From: Leptospirales bacterium
Lineage (GTDB): Bacteria > Spirochaetota > Leptospiria > Leptospirales > Leptonemataceae
Length of the DNA: 64,000 bases
Assembly: GCA_019694685.1 (NCBI GenBank)
Contig: JAIBBM010000024.1
Coordinates: forward strand, 698 to 64,697
Direction: 5' to 3'
A model generated the notes under the pieces. It was not told the origin of the DNA. It did no database searches and saw only the letters and a list, made by a program, of their open reading frames with translations. Shown in pieces: positions 10,351 through 19,264 of this stretch. The translations under genes were made by a program, and so were the position numbers. Each line of letters opens with the position of its first letter. Positions within the stretch are counted from its first letter, which is position 1.

Positions 10351-12486
10351 ATGCAGCAATTCGAAGTGTTCGGCACCCGACTTCCTGGACAAAGAGACGA
10401 CTGGCTCTTCATCGGAGGCAGCGCGCTTGTCATTTTGATTTTTGGTGCGCTGCTGTTCTGGGACTTCAATCGAAAGAATTTCGGAGGTGGTGGCGAAGTG
10501 ATCGGCACCATCACATTCAAGCATCGCACAGCGCAACGTAAGTTCGCTTCACAGGTCATCTGGGACGATCTGGATACGGAAACTCCCCTCTATAACAGAG
10601 ACGCGATTCGCACTGCGGAATCTTCGGAAGCTGTAGTCACTCTCAAAAACGGAACCAAGATTCAGCTCGACGAATCCACCATGATCGTTCTAAACATTTC
10701 AGACAAATCAGCAGACATTGATTTTGCATACGGCTCCGTGCAGGCAAAGCAGGATCAGAAAGCTGGCCAGGAAGTGGCCGCTCTCAACATCAAGACGCAA
10801 GACAACAAAGTCATTTCTATTCAAAACTCAGACGTCAAACTCTCGAGAAACGAAGGAGAGGATCTCTCTCTCACCGTGCAGCGCGGTCAGGCGAATGTTC
10901 AGACTTCAGACGGTAAAACTCAGAAAGTAGAGAAGGATCAAAAGGCAACCATTGCGGCCGAAATCCAGGTGCGAAAGGTGGTACTTCGCCCCACTGCTCC
11001 AGACGACGGTGCGCGATCCTTCATCACTGAAAATCAAAAGGCATTTGCATTTGCATGGGAAAAACCAACCGAAGCGCTCACATTTGAAATCGCATCGGAC
11101 AGATCCTTCTCAAGAATTATCACTCGCGTCACAACGGCCGGCCCCGGAACCAGCGTTGCTCTGGGAGACGGGTCTTACTTCTGGAGACTGGCAGCACAGG
11201 ACAAGACAGGCAAAATCGATTATAGCGACTTTAGAAGATTCACTGTGATTCGAAACGCACCGGCGGTGCTTCTTTCGCCCGTGTCTGGCGCGCAATTCGA
11301 TTACGTAACGGATGACCCTCTCGTAAACTTCACATGGTCGCGAAGCGAAACTGCGCAAGGATATGCGCTCGAAATTGCAGAGAACCCTGGCTTTGCAAGC
11401 GCAAGAAGAATCGAAACCTCTACCACATCGATCAGTCAAAAACTGCCTGCAGGTAACTATTTCGCACGAATCGTCACAACGAGCTCAGAAGCGGGGAATT
11501 TGCCGGGTGCAGCCACTGCATTTACAGTGGTGCGAAGACAGAAAACGCAGGCTCCTCTTGCTGTTCGCCCGGCTGGAGATAGAATTGCGCGCGTCATTCT
11601 TGAAAAAGAAGGCCTTGCGTTCTCCTGGAGCGTAGACCGCGACGTACGCAGCACTACTCTTGAAATTTCGCCCAATGCTTCTTTTGATCAAATCGCATTC
11701 AAAGGCACGGCAGATACGAACTTCCTGACTGTAAAACAAGGATTCCGCGAAGGTAAATACTACTGGAGACTCCAGGGAATCGACAGGAAAGGTAATGCGA
11801 CTGACTTTTCCAACGTCTCATCTTTTACCGTGGCCGAAATGGAGAAAGTGGCTCTCCGCGGTCCGGCAAACGGGGCTGATATGGATCCAGTTCAGGCACG
11901 TCTCGAAGGGGTTGGATTGTTGTGGGAAGGTCCGGATCTTTCGCAGTTCCGAGTGGTCGTTTCACCGAACCAGAACCTGGATCCCGCCGTGGTAAATCAG
12001 ATGACGTCTGCACGTGCATACTCTGCGCGAAACCTCGCACCGGGCCGGTACTACTGGAAAGTGCTCCTGGTTTCGCAGAACGGTTCTGTTCTTACGGAGA
12101 GCGAAATCAGATCGTTTAGCATTCTGGATCTTTTGCAACCTCCTCGCCTGCTCGAACCGCCTCGCGGACAGACAGTGGACATGACGGATAAGAACGAACT
12201 GTATTTCAAATGGGATCCGGTTCGCGGCGCGGAAGGCTACGACTTCACGCTTTTCCGCAGCTATCCGGACGGAAGGCGCACCGCCATCTTGAATCTCAAA
12301 ACACAGAGAGCGGATTTCATGCTACGGGATCTTGGAATCCTTGATGTGGGTGGATTCACATGGTCCGTCTCTGCGTATGGCCGCAATCAGGTAAGCGAAC
12401 CTGCAGCGTCTGATTTTACAATCACTCTGCGAATCGATGTTGGTAAGCCGGAGATTGTAACGCCGGGAGTCCAGTACACAGAATGA
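10351..12486 (+). CDS. Membrane-anchored FecR-domain protein with about five tandem Fn3/Ig-like repeats
   Basis: 711 aa. N-terminal TM WLFIGGSALVILIFGALLFW. FecR-like beta region: VVTLKNGTKIQLDESTMIVL. This is followed by repeats of roughly 85-95 aa, each ending in a G.YYWR/YFWR/YYWK .. F.V pattern. GAGGA lies 5 nt upstream of the ATG, 7 nt after the cyclase stop. Confidence 0.75.
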   Translation: MQQFEVFGTRLPGQRDDWLFIGGSALVILIFGALLFWDFNRKNFGGGGEVIGTITFKHRTAQRKFASQVIWDDLDTETPLYNRDAIRTAESSEAVVTLKNGTKIQLDESTMIVLNISDKSADIDFAYGSVQAKQDQKAGQEVAALNIKTQDNKVISIQNSDVKLSRNEGEDLSLTVQRGQANVQTSDGKTQKVEKDQKATIAAEIQVRKVVLRPTAPDDGARSFITENQKAFAFAWEKPTEALTFEIASDRSFSRIITRVTTAGPGTSVALGDGSYFWRLAAQDKTGKIDYSDFRRFTVIRNAPAVLLSPVSGAQFDYVTDDPLVNFTWSRSETAQGYALEIAENPGFASARRIETSTTSISQKLPAGNYFARIVTTSSEAGNLPGAATAFTVVRRQKTQAPLAVRPAGDRIARVILEKEGLAFSWSVDRDVRSTTLEISPNASFDQIAFKGTADTNFLTVKQGFREGKYYWRLQGIDRKGNATDFSNVSSFTVAEMEKVALRGPANGADMDPVQARLEGVGLLWEGPDLSQFRVVVSPNQNLDPAVVNQMTSARAYSARNLAPGRYYWKVLLVSQNGSVLTESEIRSFSILDLLQPPRLLEPPRGQTVDMTDKNELYFKWDPVRGAEGYDFTLFRSYPDGRRTAILNLKTQRADFMLRDLGILDVGGFTWSVSAYGRNQVSEPAASDFTITLRIDVGKPEIVTPGVQYTE

Positions 12487-14861
12487 GAGCGCTGATCCTC
12501 TGGGCCGGCGCGATTGTCTTCAGCCTGGCCCCTTTCACACAACGAGCTTACGCGCAAGAAGTGAAAACGCCATTCCTCGAATGGAAACCAATTCGGGGAG
12601 CAGCGGCTTACGTTGTGCAGGTGAGAGATACCGGCGGAAAAGTAATACTCGAAAAGACTGTAGGCGAAAACAAGCTGGAGGTAGAACTCCCTCCCGGAAA
12701 ATACCAGCAGAGAGTTTCTGCTCTCAACAAATTCAGAAAGCCGACACAGTACTCAGACTGGGTTGATTTCAATATCCGCGTGGCAGAACTGCCGAATGTA
12801 GAAACCCTCAAACCTACACCACTACCTGTGGACGTTGAAAAAAAAGGTGAGAGAGCCGTTGCCATCGAAGGAACACATCTCACTGAATCCACAAAAGTCT
12901 TCGTGGATACAGACAAAGGAAAAATCGAGTCCACTAAAGTAGAAGTCGTTGGGGACAACAAACTCATCGCTTCGTTTGATTCTGCGAAAATAGATCAGGG
13001 CAAACACGATATCATCATCGAAAACCCGCACAACAAAATTGTGCGCGTTGAAAACGCACTCAAGATCAGCGAAGACAAAAAGGTGACAACTTCGAGTGAT
13101 CCGAGAGTTGTACGCGAAGACGCGAAGAAAACGGACCGCGGGCGAGACACAGGAAGAGAACCAGGCAAAGACACTGGCAAAGATACCGGGAAAGATACAG
13201 GCAGGGACAATGGGAAAGTTCCGGCCATTGAGCCCATGGAAATTTATCCGGAATACAAACCAACGAAGAAGCAATGTGGACGAGCCGGGATCTGTATCCC
13301 CGCTCCTCAGAAATACGCCTGGAATTTGACGCCACAGGCTTTCGTTCCAGGCCTCAGTCGCATTCGTAGCGGCGACACGAAAGGCTATATCTGGCCTGCA
13401 GTCATCGGAACGTTTCTGGTGGGAGCAGGCTATGAAGATAGACATGCGGACAAAGTAGCGAAGCGATCGCAATCTGACGGACTGGGAAGCATCTTCGCCA
13501 CGCCTCTGGTGCTTGGAACATATTCTCTCTGGACGAACGGAGGCTTCCTTCTCATCGCGCAGGATCAATACAAGAACATTCGCAACCAGAGAGCGGAATA
13601 TAGAAGAACCATCCAGAATCGCAATATTCTCCTGGCAGGAGCTCTCGCAACGTTTGGCATGGCGGTCATAGACGGCGCGCTTATGTCTGACTCTCAAGGA
13701 TTCTTCTACACTACGCCCGGTCCAGGAGTGGGCCCAATCCCCGGGACGCGCAACCTCTCTAACTCTACATTCACGTGGAAATTCACAAAAGATGTTTGGA
13801 TTCCGGGAAAAGTACGTAGAAACGCAGGAGACACTGCGGGAACCGTTACTCTCGGAATCTTCGGGGCGCTCGGTGCCGTGACGCTGTATGAAAGCTATCA
13901 TCAGTACCAGCTGGTGCGCACTTCGCGCAGACTAAAAGACAGCGTTGCAAATCAAGCGGTTACAAATCCAATTCTGGGTGTGGCGCTCGCCTCCTATTGG
14001 ACCAACCCTGGATTCGTCTATGCGGTCTTTGATAACAACAGACAATTCACTTCGCTGCGAAATCAATACCGTCGGAGCACGCAGGTGCAGGTAGCAGCCG
14101 TCGGCACGGCAGCTTTTCTGTACATTTTCCAGGTACTGGACGCGGCTTCCTACTCGTCTTCACCAGGTTTCTTCGGACCAGCCCCCTTTGAACCAGGAAC
14201 GAACCCTCCTCCCATGGCAGACATGTATTGCTTTGGAGGGCCGTGCGTTTATTCTGTTACATCCAACTTTCGCATGCGCGCTTCCGCGTTCATTCCGGGA
14301 AGAACTCGGATCCAGAACGGAGACAAGAAAGCGGGATACATGATCGCTGGAACCATGATCGGATTCGGTGCCGCCGCAGTTTTTGAAGACTACGAAGCGA
14401 ACAAGGCGCGTCGCGCGGCGATCAGAGCAGGCAATAGCGGAGTGAATGCTCTCTTTTCCTCGCAGCTTGCAGTCGCGGCCGGATACCAGTACTGGACTTC
14501 TTCATCTTACTTGTTCCTCTATCAGCAGTACTACCACGATGTGCGAAAGCAAAGTCGAGCGTACTCACGGGCGGTAAATGCAAGAACTACGATGCTTGGT
14601 GGAGCGGCCATTTTATACGGGCTTCAATTCCTGGATGCTACCACATTGCCAGCAAGTAATGCCTCCATTTCTACTGAAAAACAAATCGCTTTCTCAGAAG
14701 CAGCCACGTTTACGCAAGCGAATGTCGCGTCTCATCTGCTGGGCGACTTGAAACAGGATCTGCGCCGCGAAGCGGTTCATGGACTCGTGCAAGATCGAAT
14801 TGAATTCAAGGATCGATTCCCGTACGATGTGGCGGAATTCCACAAGACGTTCGCGTTTTAA
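12483..14861 (+). CDS. Exported Fn3-like + IPT/TIG-like protein with (G-K/R-D-T) linker and three repeated hydrophobic (membrane) modules
   Basis: 792 aa. The start overlaps the upstream stop (ATGA). Signal peptide ALILWAGAIVFSLAPFTQRAYA. One repeat of the upstream type (WKPIRGAAAYVVQV..GKYQQRV). An IPT-like segment (AVAIEGTHLTESTKVFV...IIIENPHNK). Three modules begin FVPGLSRIRSGD, WIPGKVRRNAGD and FIPGRTRIQNGD. Confidence 0.7.
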   Translation: MRALILWAGAIVFSLAPFTQRAYAQEVKTPFLEWKPIRGAAAYVVQVRDTGGKVILEKTVGENKLEVELPPGKYQQRVSALNKFRKPTQYSDWVDFNIRVAELPNVETLKPTPLPVDVEKKGERAVAIEGTHLTESTKVFVDTDKGKIESTKVEVVGDNKLIASFDSAKIDQGKHDIIIENPHNKIVRVENALKISEDKKVTTSSDPRVVREDAKKTDRGRDTGREPGKDTGKDTGKDTGRDNGKVPAIEPMEIYPEYKPTKKQCGRAGICIPAPQKYAWNLTPQAFVPGLSRIRSGDTKGYIWPAVIGTFLVGAGYEDRHADKVAKRSQSDGLGSIFATPLVLGTYSLWTNGGFLLIAQDQYKNIRNQRAEYRRTIQNRNILLAGALATFGMAVIDGALMSDSQGFFYTTPGPGVGPIPGTRNLSNSTFTWKFTKDVWIPGKVRRNAGDTAGTVTLGIFGALGAVTLYESYHQYQLVRTSRRLKDSVANQAVTNPILGVALASYWTNPGFVYAVFDNNRQFTSLRNQYRRSTQVQVAAVGTAAFLYIFQVLDAASYSSSPGFFGPAPFEPGTNPPPMADMYCFGGPCVYSVTSNFRMRASAFIPGRTRIQNGDKKAGYMIAGTMIGFGAAAVFEDYEANKARRAAIRAGNSGVNALFSSQLAVAAGYQYWTSSSYLFLYQQYYHDVRKQSRAYSRAVNARTTMLGGAAILYGLQFLDATTLPASNASISTEKQIAFSEAATFTQANVASHLLGDLKQDLRREAVHGLVQDRIEFKDRFPYDVAEFHKTFAF
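13139..13214 (+). repeat. In-frame 12-nt tandem repeat (about 6-7 units) encoding G-[KR]-[DE]-[TPN]
   Basis: ggg cga gac aca / gga aga gaa cca / ggc aaa gac act / ggc aaa gat acc / ggg aaa gat aca / ggc agg gac aat / ggg aaa. This translates to GRDTGREPGKDTGKDTGKDTGRDNGK. Confidence 0.85.
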
Positions 14862-14867
14862 CTTCGC

Positions 14868-15854
14868 CTATTCTTCTGCCAGCTTTCGCGCAATCTCGCG
14901 TCTCTTCTTCATCAGCGTGAGGGAATTGTCCAGAAAGAATGGATCCTCCGGATGTTTCAGGATCCTATCATACTGTTTGACTGCTTCGCGATAATCTTTC
15001 AGAGAAAAACATACTTCTGCGAAATAGAAATGCAGAGCCCTGTCATAGTCTGAACGTTCCGAACCGTCCTGGTTTTCAGTGACAACGCTTTCAAAGAACG
15101 TTCTGGCGCGAACAAACTCGCCCTTCTTCGCATACAATCGCCCGAGTCCAATGCGCGCGCTTGCGTTTTCTGGAAACTGCTTGAGGACTCTTTCGTAAGT
15201 ATCGTGGGCCTGCGGAAAAGCGCCTGATTCGAGATAAAAATCGCCGAGTGCGACGAGCGCCGATGGATCAAAGGGATTTCTTCTATAGGCGACTCTGTAA
15301 CTTTCAGTCGCAGAAATCCCATCTCCGAGTCTCGCATGCGCGGCACCAATGAAAAGATGCACCGCAGAAAATTCGGAAAGTCGCGCTCGCGCAAGAAGTA
15401 AATAGGAAAGCGCCTGCTCTGGAAGATTCAAAAGAAGCAAGAGTCTGCCGGAGTTGTACAAAAATGGAAAAAATTGAGGATCGACTTTGAGCCCGATCTT
15501 CATCTTTTCAAGTGCGATCGTCAGGTGTTTCTTTCTGAAGGCGCTTCCCGCATCCGTCGCGTCAATGTCTCGAATCACGTCATCAATGACAGCGTTGTTA
15601 TACGCACCCGCAGACAATCCTTCTACCTGTTCTTCCGGCCTTCCGGGAGGCGGATCTCCCTTCCCTGTTTTCCCGCGGCAAAGCACAAAGTCATGCCTTG
15701 CTCTTTCAAAGCTGCCACCCGGATAACTCTGAGGCGCAAGACCTTCCGCAAACAGATCAGGGAAATCCTGATTCGCATTGTCTTCTACTTCCTGCGCGCG
15801 AAGGGTTTGAAACGAACAACAAAAGCAAACTGCGGGGATTAGAATCCAGCGCAT
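14868..15854 (-). CDS. Exported TPR-repeat protein
   Basis: Signal peptide MRWILIPAVCFCCSFQTLRA. Multiple TPR-like helices (ALGDFYLESGAFPQAHDTYERVLKQFPENASA, LGRLYAKKGEFVRARTFFE). The ORF-track start at 15857 is TTG. The ATG at 15854 shares one nucleotide with the upstream TGA (TGATG), which I prefer. Confidence 0.75.
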   Translation of the reverse strand: MRWILIPAVCFCCSFQTLRAQEVEDNANQDFPDLFAEGLAPQSYPGGSFERARHDFVLCRGKTGKGDPPPGRPEEQVEGLSAGAYNNAVIDDVIRDIDATDAGSAFRKKHLTIALEKMKIGLKVDPQFFPFLYNSGRLLLLLNLPEQALSYLLLARARLSEFSAVHLFIGAAHARLGDGISATESYRVAYRRNPFDPSALVALGDFYLESGAFPQAHDTYERVLKQFPENASARIGLGRLYAKKGEFVRARTFFESVVTENQDGSERSDYDRALHFYFAEVCFSLKDYREAVKQYDRILKHPEDPFFLDNSLTLMKKRREIARKLAEE

Positions 15855-18367
15855 CAATCCTCAATCGCAGCGAGCATCTGGCGCGCCTTTGCATGAAGAG
15901 GATCCACCTGCAGGGCCTCCCCGAGAACCCGACGCGCAAGAGGCTCATTTCCTGTTTGCGCGTGAAGTCGCGCGAGATGAGTTAGATTTCTCACCATGGA
16001 TGGATCGCGAAGACGACACCGTTCCGCAAACTCGATGGCCTGTCTGGTTTCCCCACTCTTCGCATAGGCGTACGAAGTAATATAGAGGAATTCTGTGTCC
16101 GCCGGGAATCGTCTGGTGTAACTGTCCGAAAGGTTGGCCGCACGATCAAACATTCCTGCCTGAATCATTATCTTCACAAGCAATCGCATCGCGTCTGCGT
16201 TTTCTTCTGTCATGTCCATTGCCTGCTCGAGCACGAATATGGCTTCATCCGTCGCGCCATCGTTGAATAGCCCGCGAGCTTTTCTCACTTCCGCCTTGAA
16301 CGCCGCAATCCTCTGGTCCGCGTCTGCGCTTCTCTGCTGCGCCGCCGCCTCCTTGAAGCCAATTCGCAACATTGTGAAATCGTCTGTGAGCTGGCCAAAA
16401 CCCATGATCGACTTCTCAATCCGTCTCAGATCACTGTCGCCCTTTTCCACATGGCGAAGGAATTCCATTTCGTTTTCATTGATGATTCTATTTCCCAGTC
16501 TATCTACGCCGATCTGCACGTCATCGCGGCCGTCAGATCCAATGATCACTACGTCATTGGGCAAGAGCTGATACGTTTTCACTTCCAGATGACCGCCCAG
16601 GCCTGAAACGCCGAGCTTTCGCAGTTGCATGTCATTCTCAAGGAACTCGGCTTTTTTCTCTCTGTATAGAACTACAAACGGGTGCTCCGCATTGATGTAA
16701 TACAGCATCCCGCTCTCTTCGTCCACGAGACCGAATACAGCCGAAACCATCATGCTACCATCAAAAGAAACGAAAACATTCTGAAGCTCTACAAAGCATT
16801 CCTTGAGCCATTGCTCGGGGGCTTTGTTCTGCGCCGCTTCCGCAAGCTGCGTACGCGAAACCATAGACTTAAATACAGTTCCCAGAACCAGAGCGCCACC
16901 TGCACCCTGAATGGATTTTCCCATTGCATCCCCGTTCAAAAAGACAGTATAGGTGCGACGCCTGAGGCTGATGCTCTGCGCGATGCACAGATCCCCGCCA
17001 ATTTCCGCCTGCCAGTGGCGAAACTGAAACTGTTTCTTCTGACGCAAAAGCATATCCACACTTACATTCTGACTTTTCACAAAGTTTCCCGTGAGTGGTT
17101 GAATCAGCAGGGAAGTAAGGAAATAATCCCCGTCCTGTTGGATTTTTAGCTTCTGCACTTCATCGAGTGATTCGGTCAATTGCTGTGTGCGAACCCGAAC
17201 CTTGTCTTCCAGCTTTTCGTTCAGTTGCTCCACTTCCGTATGCACGCGCATAAAGCGATTGGCAAGAATGGCAGCAATGGCCAGCACAAAGATCAAGAAC
17301 GCATAACGTGCGATGTGAGTACTATTGATCCAGTGCCTTGCAGCAGCAATGTCATGAAGAGCTGCGATCATGAGAACGATGACGCCCAGAGCAAGCCAGC
17401 GCGCGTCCTGATTCTTTTTGAAAGCCTCGCGAAGAATATAGAAGATAGCGTATCCAATCGCCACGATAGAGCTGTACTGCCAGACGGTGAGACAATTCTT
17501 CGCAACCGTATACGGGGCAAAAAGGGTGATGACCGCAAGAACAAGACATACTGCAAAAACCGCCAGACCTACGCGCGAAAAACGGCGGTAGAAGAACTGA
17601 GAAAGAAAGAACATCAGGCTGGGCGGAATGAAGAACAAACTTATATATTCGATGCGTAGACGAGCGATCACGTGAGAGCCAAACAATGGATCACGAGATC
17701 CCGTTCGATTGAGCCAGTATAAAGTCAGAAGAGTACAGAAAATTCCAAACAGTAAATTGTGCTTATCCTGGGGTCTGCGCGAAAACAATAAAAGATGATA
17801 CGCGCCCACGACGAAGTAGATTCCCAATAGAAAGAAGGAAACCACTTCGTTCTGAAAGTATTCATTGAAAACGGACTCCCCCGGTCCGAAATATGCGTCC
17901 GTGTCAAATTGAAGCGGATACTCTCCGGTCCCGTATACAGCGATGACCAGGTAGTTCTTCTCTTTTGCCGGGACTTGCGGAATTTCCTTGATGAAGCGTC
18001 TGAACAATCCGGTCTCGTACGGCTGCGCGCTTCCCACCTGGCCAATGAGCTGGCCATTGATATAGTAATACGAAACATCAGAAGTCCAACCCATATTGAT
18101 AGCGGCGGCGCCACGGGATAGAATGTCAGCGGATTCGGGTGGAAGTTCTTTGCGAAGAGTGATCCAGCCTGCATAACCCTGCAGATTCTTTGTCTCTGTA
18201 ATGCTTGCAGGAAGCTTCACTGTGTCCCAGCCAGAGCGGGACGGATCCGTTAGATCCTTTTGGTCAAAGCCCTTCTTAAAATCCCAGGTTCCCCCGAGAG
18301 GAATCAGGTCCCCTCGATTGCAGGCCGCGGTGAGGACAAGGAGCAGGCAGAGTAGATAACGCGCCAC
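15854..18367 (-). CDS. 7TMR-DISM receptor fused to PP2C/SpoIIE phosphatase and C-terminal TPR-like repeats
   Basis: 837 aa with a GTG start. Signal/lipobox LLLVLTAAC. Extracellular jelly-roll-like domain (WDTVKLPASI..GYAGWITLRKEL). Seven hydrophobic helices, then a coiled coil. PP2C motifs: QDGDYFLTSLLIQPL, EIGGDLCI, FLNGDAMGKSIQGAGGALVLG, YYINAEHP, IIGSDGRDD. TPR-like tail. Confidence 0.85.
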   Translation of the reverse strand: MARYLLCLLLVLTAACNRGDLIPLGGTWDFKKGFDQKDLTDPSRSGWDTVKLPASITETKNLQGYAGWITLRKELPPESADILSRGAAAINMGWTSDVSYYYINGQLIGQVGSAQPYETGLFRRFIKEIPQVPAKEKNYLVIAVYGTGEYPLQFDTDAYFGPGESVFNEYFQNEVVSFFLLGIYFVVGAYHLLLFSRRPQDKHNLLFGIFCTLLTLYWLNRTGSRDPLFGSHVIARLRIEYISLFFIPPSLMFFLSQFFYRRFSRVGLAVFAVCLVLAVITLFAPYTVAKNCLTVWQYSSIVAIGYAIFYILREAFKKNQDARWLALGVIVLMIAALHDIAAARHWINSTHIARYAFLIFVLAIAAILANRFMRVHTEVEQLNEKLEDKVRVRTQQLTESLDEVQKLKIQQDGDYFLTSLLIQPLTGNFVKSQNVSVDMLLRQKKQFQFRHWQAEIGGDLCIAQSISLRRRTYTVFLNGDAMGKSIQGAGGALVLGTVFKSMVSRTQLAEAAQNKAPEQWLKECFVELQNVFVSFDGSMMVSAVFGLVDEESGMLYYINAEHPFVVLYREKKAEFLENDMQLRKLGVSGLGGHLEVKTYQLLPNDVVIIGSDGRDDVQIGVDRLGNRIINENEMEFLRHVEKGDSDLRRIEKSIMGFGQLTDDFTMLRIGFKEAAAQQRSADADQRIAAFKAEVRKARGLFNDGATDEAIFVLEQAMDMTEENADAMRLLVKIMIQAGMFDRAANLSDSYTRRFPADTEFLYITSYAYAKSGETRQAIEFAERCRLRDPSMVRNLTHLARLHAQTGNEPLARRVLGEALQVDPLHAKARQMLAAIED

Positions 18368-18465
18368 GGGTAAATCGTCCCTTCGAGCCAGGTCAGGTCA
18401 AGAGATTCTTAGACGGCTCCGCCGGGACGCCAAATACCCCAATTTCGCCCAGGATCGCTTCCCGC

Positions 18466-19239
18466 TCAGCGACCGTGCCAGTCGTCCATACTTCGCGTAA
18501 CACCGGTTATGCGAAGTATTGCCTTATACAGAAATCGCGGAAGAACAGATCTTATCCAGGGGATGATATTGACGATCCATGGCATGTTGAGTACTGGCCG
18601 ACCCCTCTCCGCCGCGTCTACAATACGTCGGCCCACGTCCCCTGCATGCAGCAACGGCGTCAAAAGGGGTGCCTTCGCGCCTGCGAAGAGGCCAGTATCT
18701 ACGTAAGACGGGCATACGAGGGTAACAGAAGGCCCCCTCCCCGTCTCCTCAACTTCAGCGCGGAGAGACTCCGCGAAGCCAACGATAGACCATTTACTCG
18801 ACGCGTAGGTGGTTCCTCTGGGCAGTCCAATGTAGCCCGATGCGCTTGCAACAAACACGATCTTGCTTCCTGGCCGCGAAAGCAAATCCGGATAGAAAGC
18901 GTGAGTCACCAGCACAGGGCCCAGAGTATTGACCTGATACGTGAGAGAATGACGCTCTACACTTACATCTTCGAAACGTCCGCCAAAGACCACTCCAGCA
19001 TTGTTGACCAGTACATCAACCCCACCGACTTTTTTGATCACATTCGCGCGGGCTTTCTTTATGGATGAGGAACTGGTAACATCCATCTCAACCCAGTCAC
19101 ATCCCAGGCTGCGTGCGGTGGATTGAAGGAGAGCGCGATTCTTGTCCGCAAGAATGACTCGAGCGCCCTTTGCGATGTACTCCTGCGCGATGGCACGCCC
19201 GATCCCGCTTGCGCCCCCCGTAACCAGAACTGTCTCCAT
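18466..19239 (-). CDS. Short-chain dehydrogenase/reductase (SDR) family oxidoreductase
   Basis: METVLVTGGASGIGRAIA (TGxxxGxG), NNAG, and YASSK (catalytic Y-x3-K). I prefer the ATG at 19239. The 19386 TTG start in the ORF track would overlap the upstream gene by about 120 nt. Confidence 0.85.
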   Translation of the reverse strand: METVLVTGGASGIGRAIAQEYIAKGARVILADKNRALLQSTARSLGCDWVEMDVTSSSSIKKARANVIKKVGGVDVLVNNAGVVFGGRFEDVSVERHSLTYQVNTLGPVLVTHAFYPDLLSRPGSKIVFVASASGYIGLPRGTTYASSKWSIVGFAESLRAEVEETGRGPSVTLVCPSYVDTGLFAGAKAPLLTPLLHAGDVGRRIVDAAERGRPVLNMPWIVNIIPWIRSVLPRFLYKAILRITGVTRSMDDWHGR

Positions 19240-19264
19240 GAACAAAAAATCAGAATGATGGATT

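Noticed and set aside
13139-13214. Short tandem repeat considered as a CRISPR-like or non-coding array
   Set aside because: The unit is only 12 nt, there are no spacers, and the array is perfectly in frame within a long ORF. It is a coding low-complexity linker.
12822-13901. 359-aa ORF antisense to the IPT/membrane-module gene
   Set aside because: The plus-strand frame has a signal peptide, coherent domains and a threefold repeat. The antisense translation is Arg/Ser/Cys-rich with no motif, typical of a shadow ORF in a moderately GC-rich gene.
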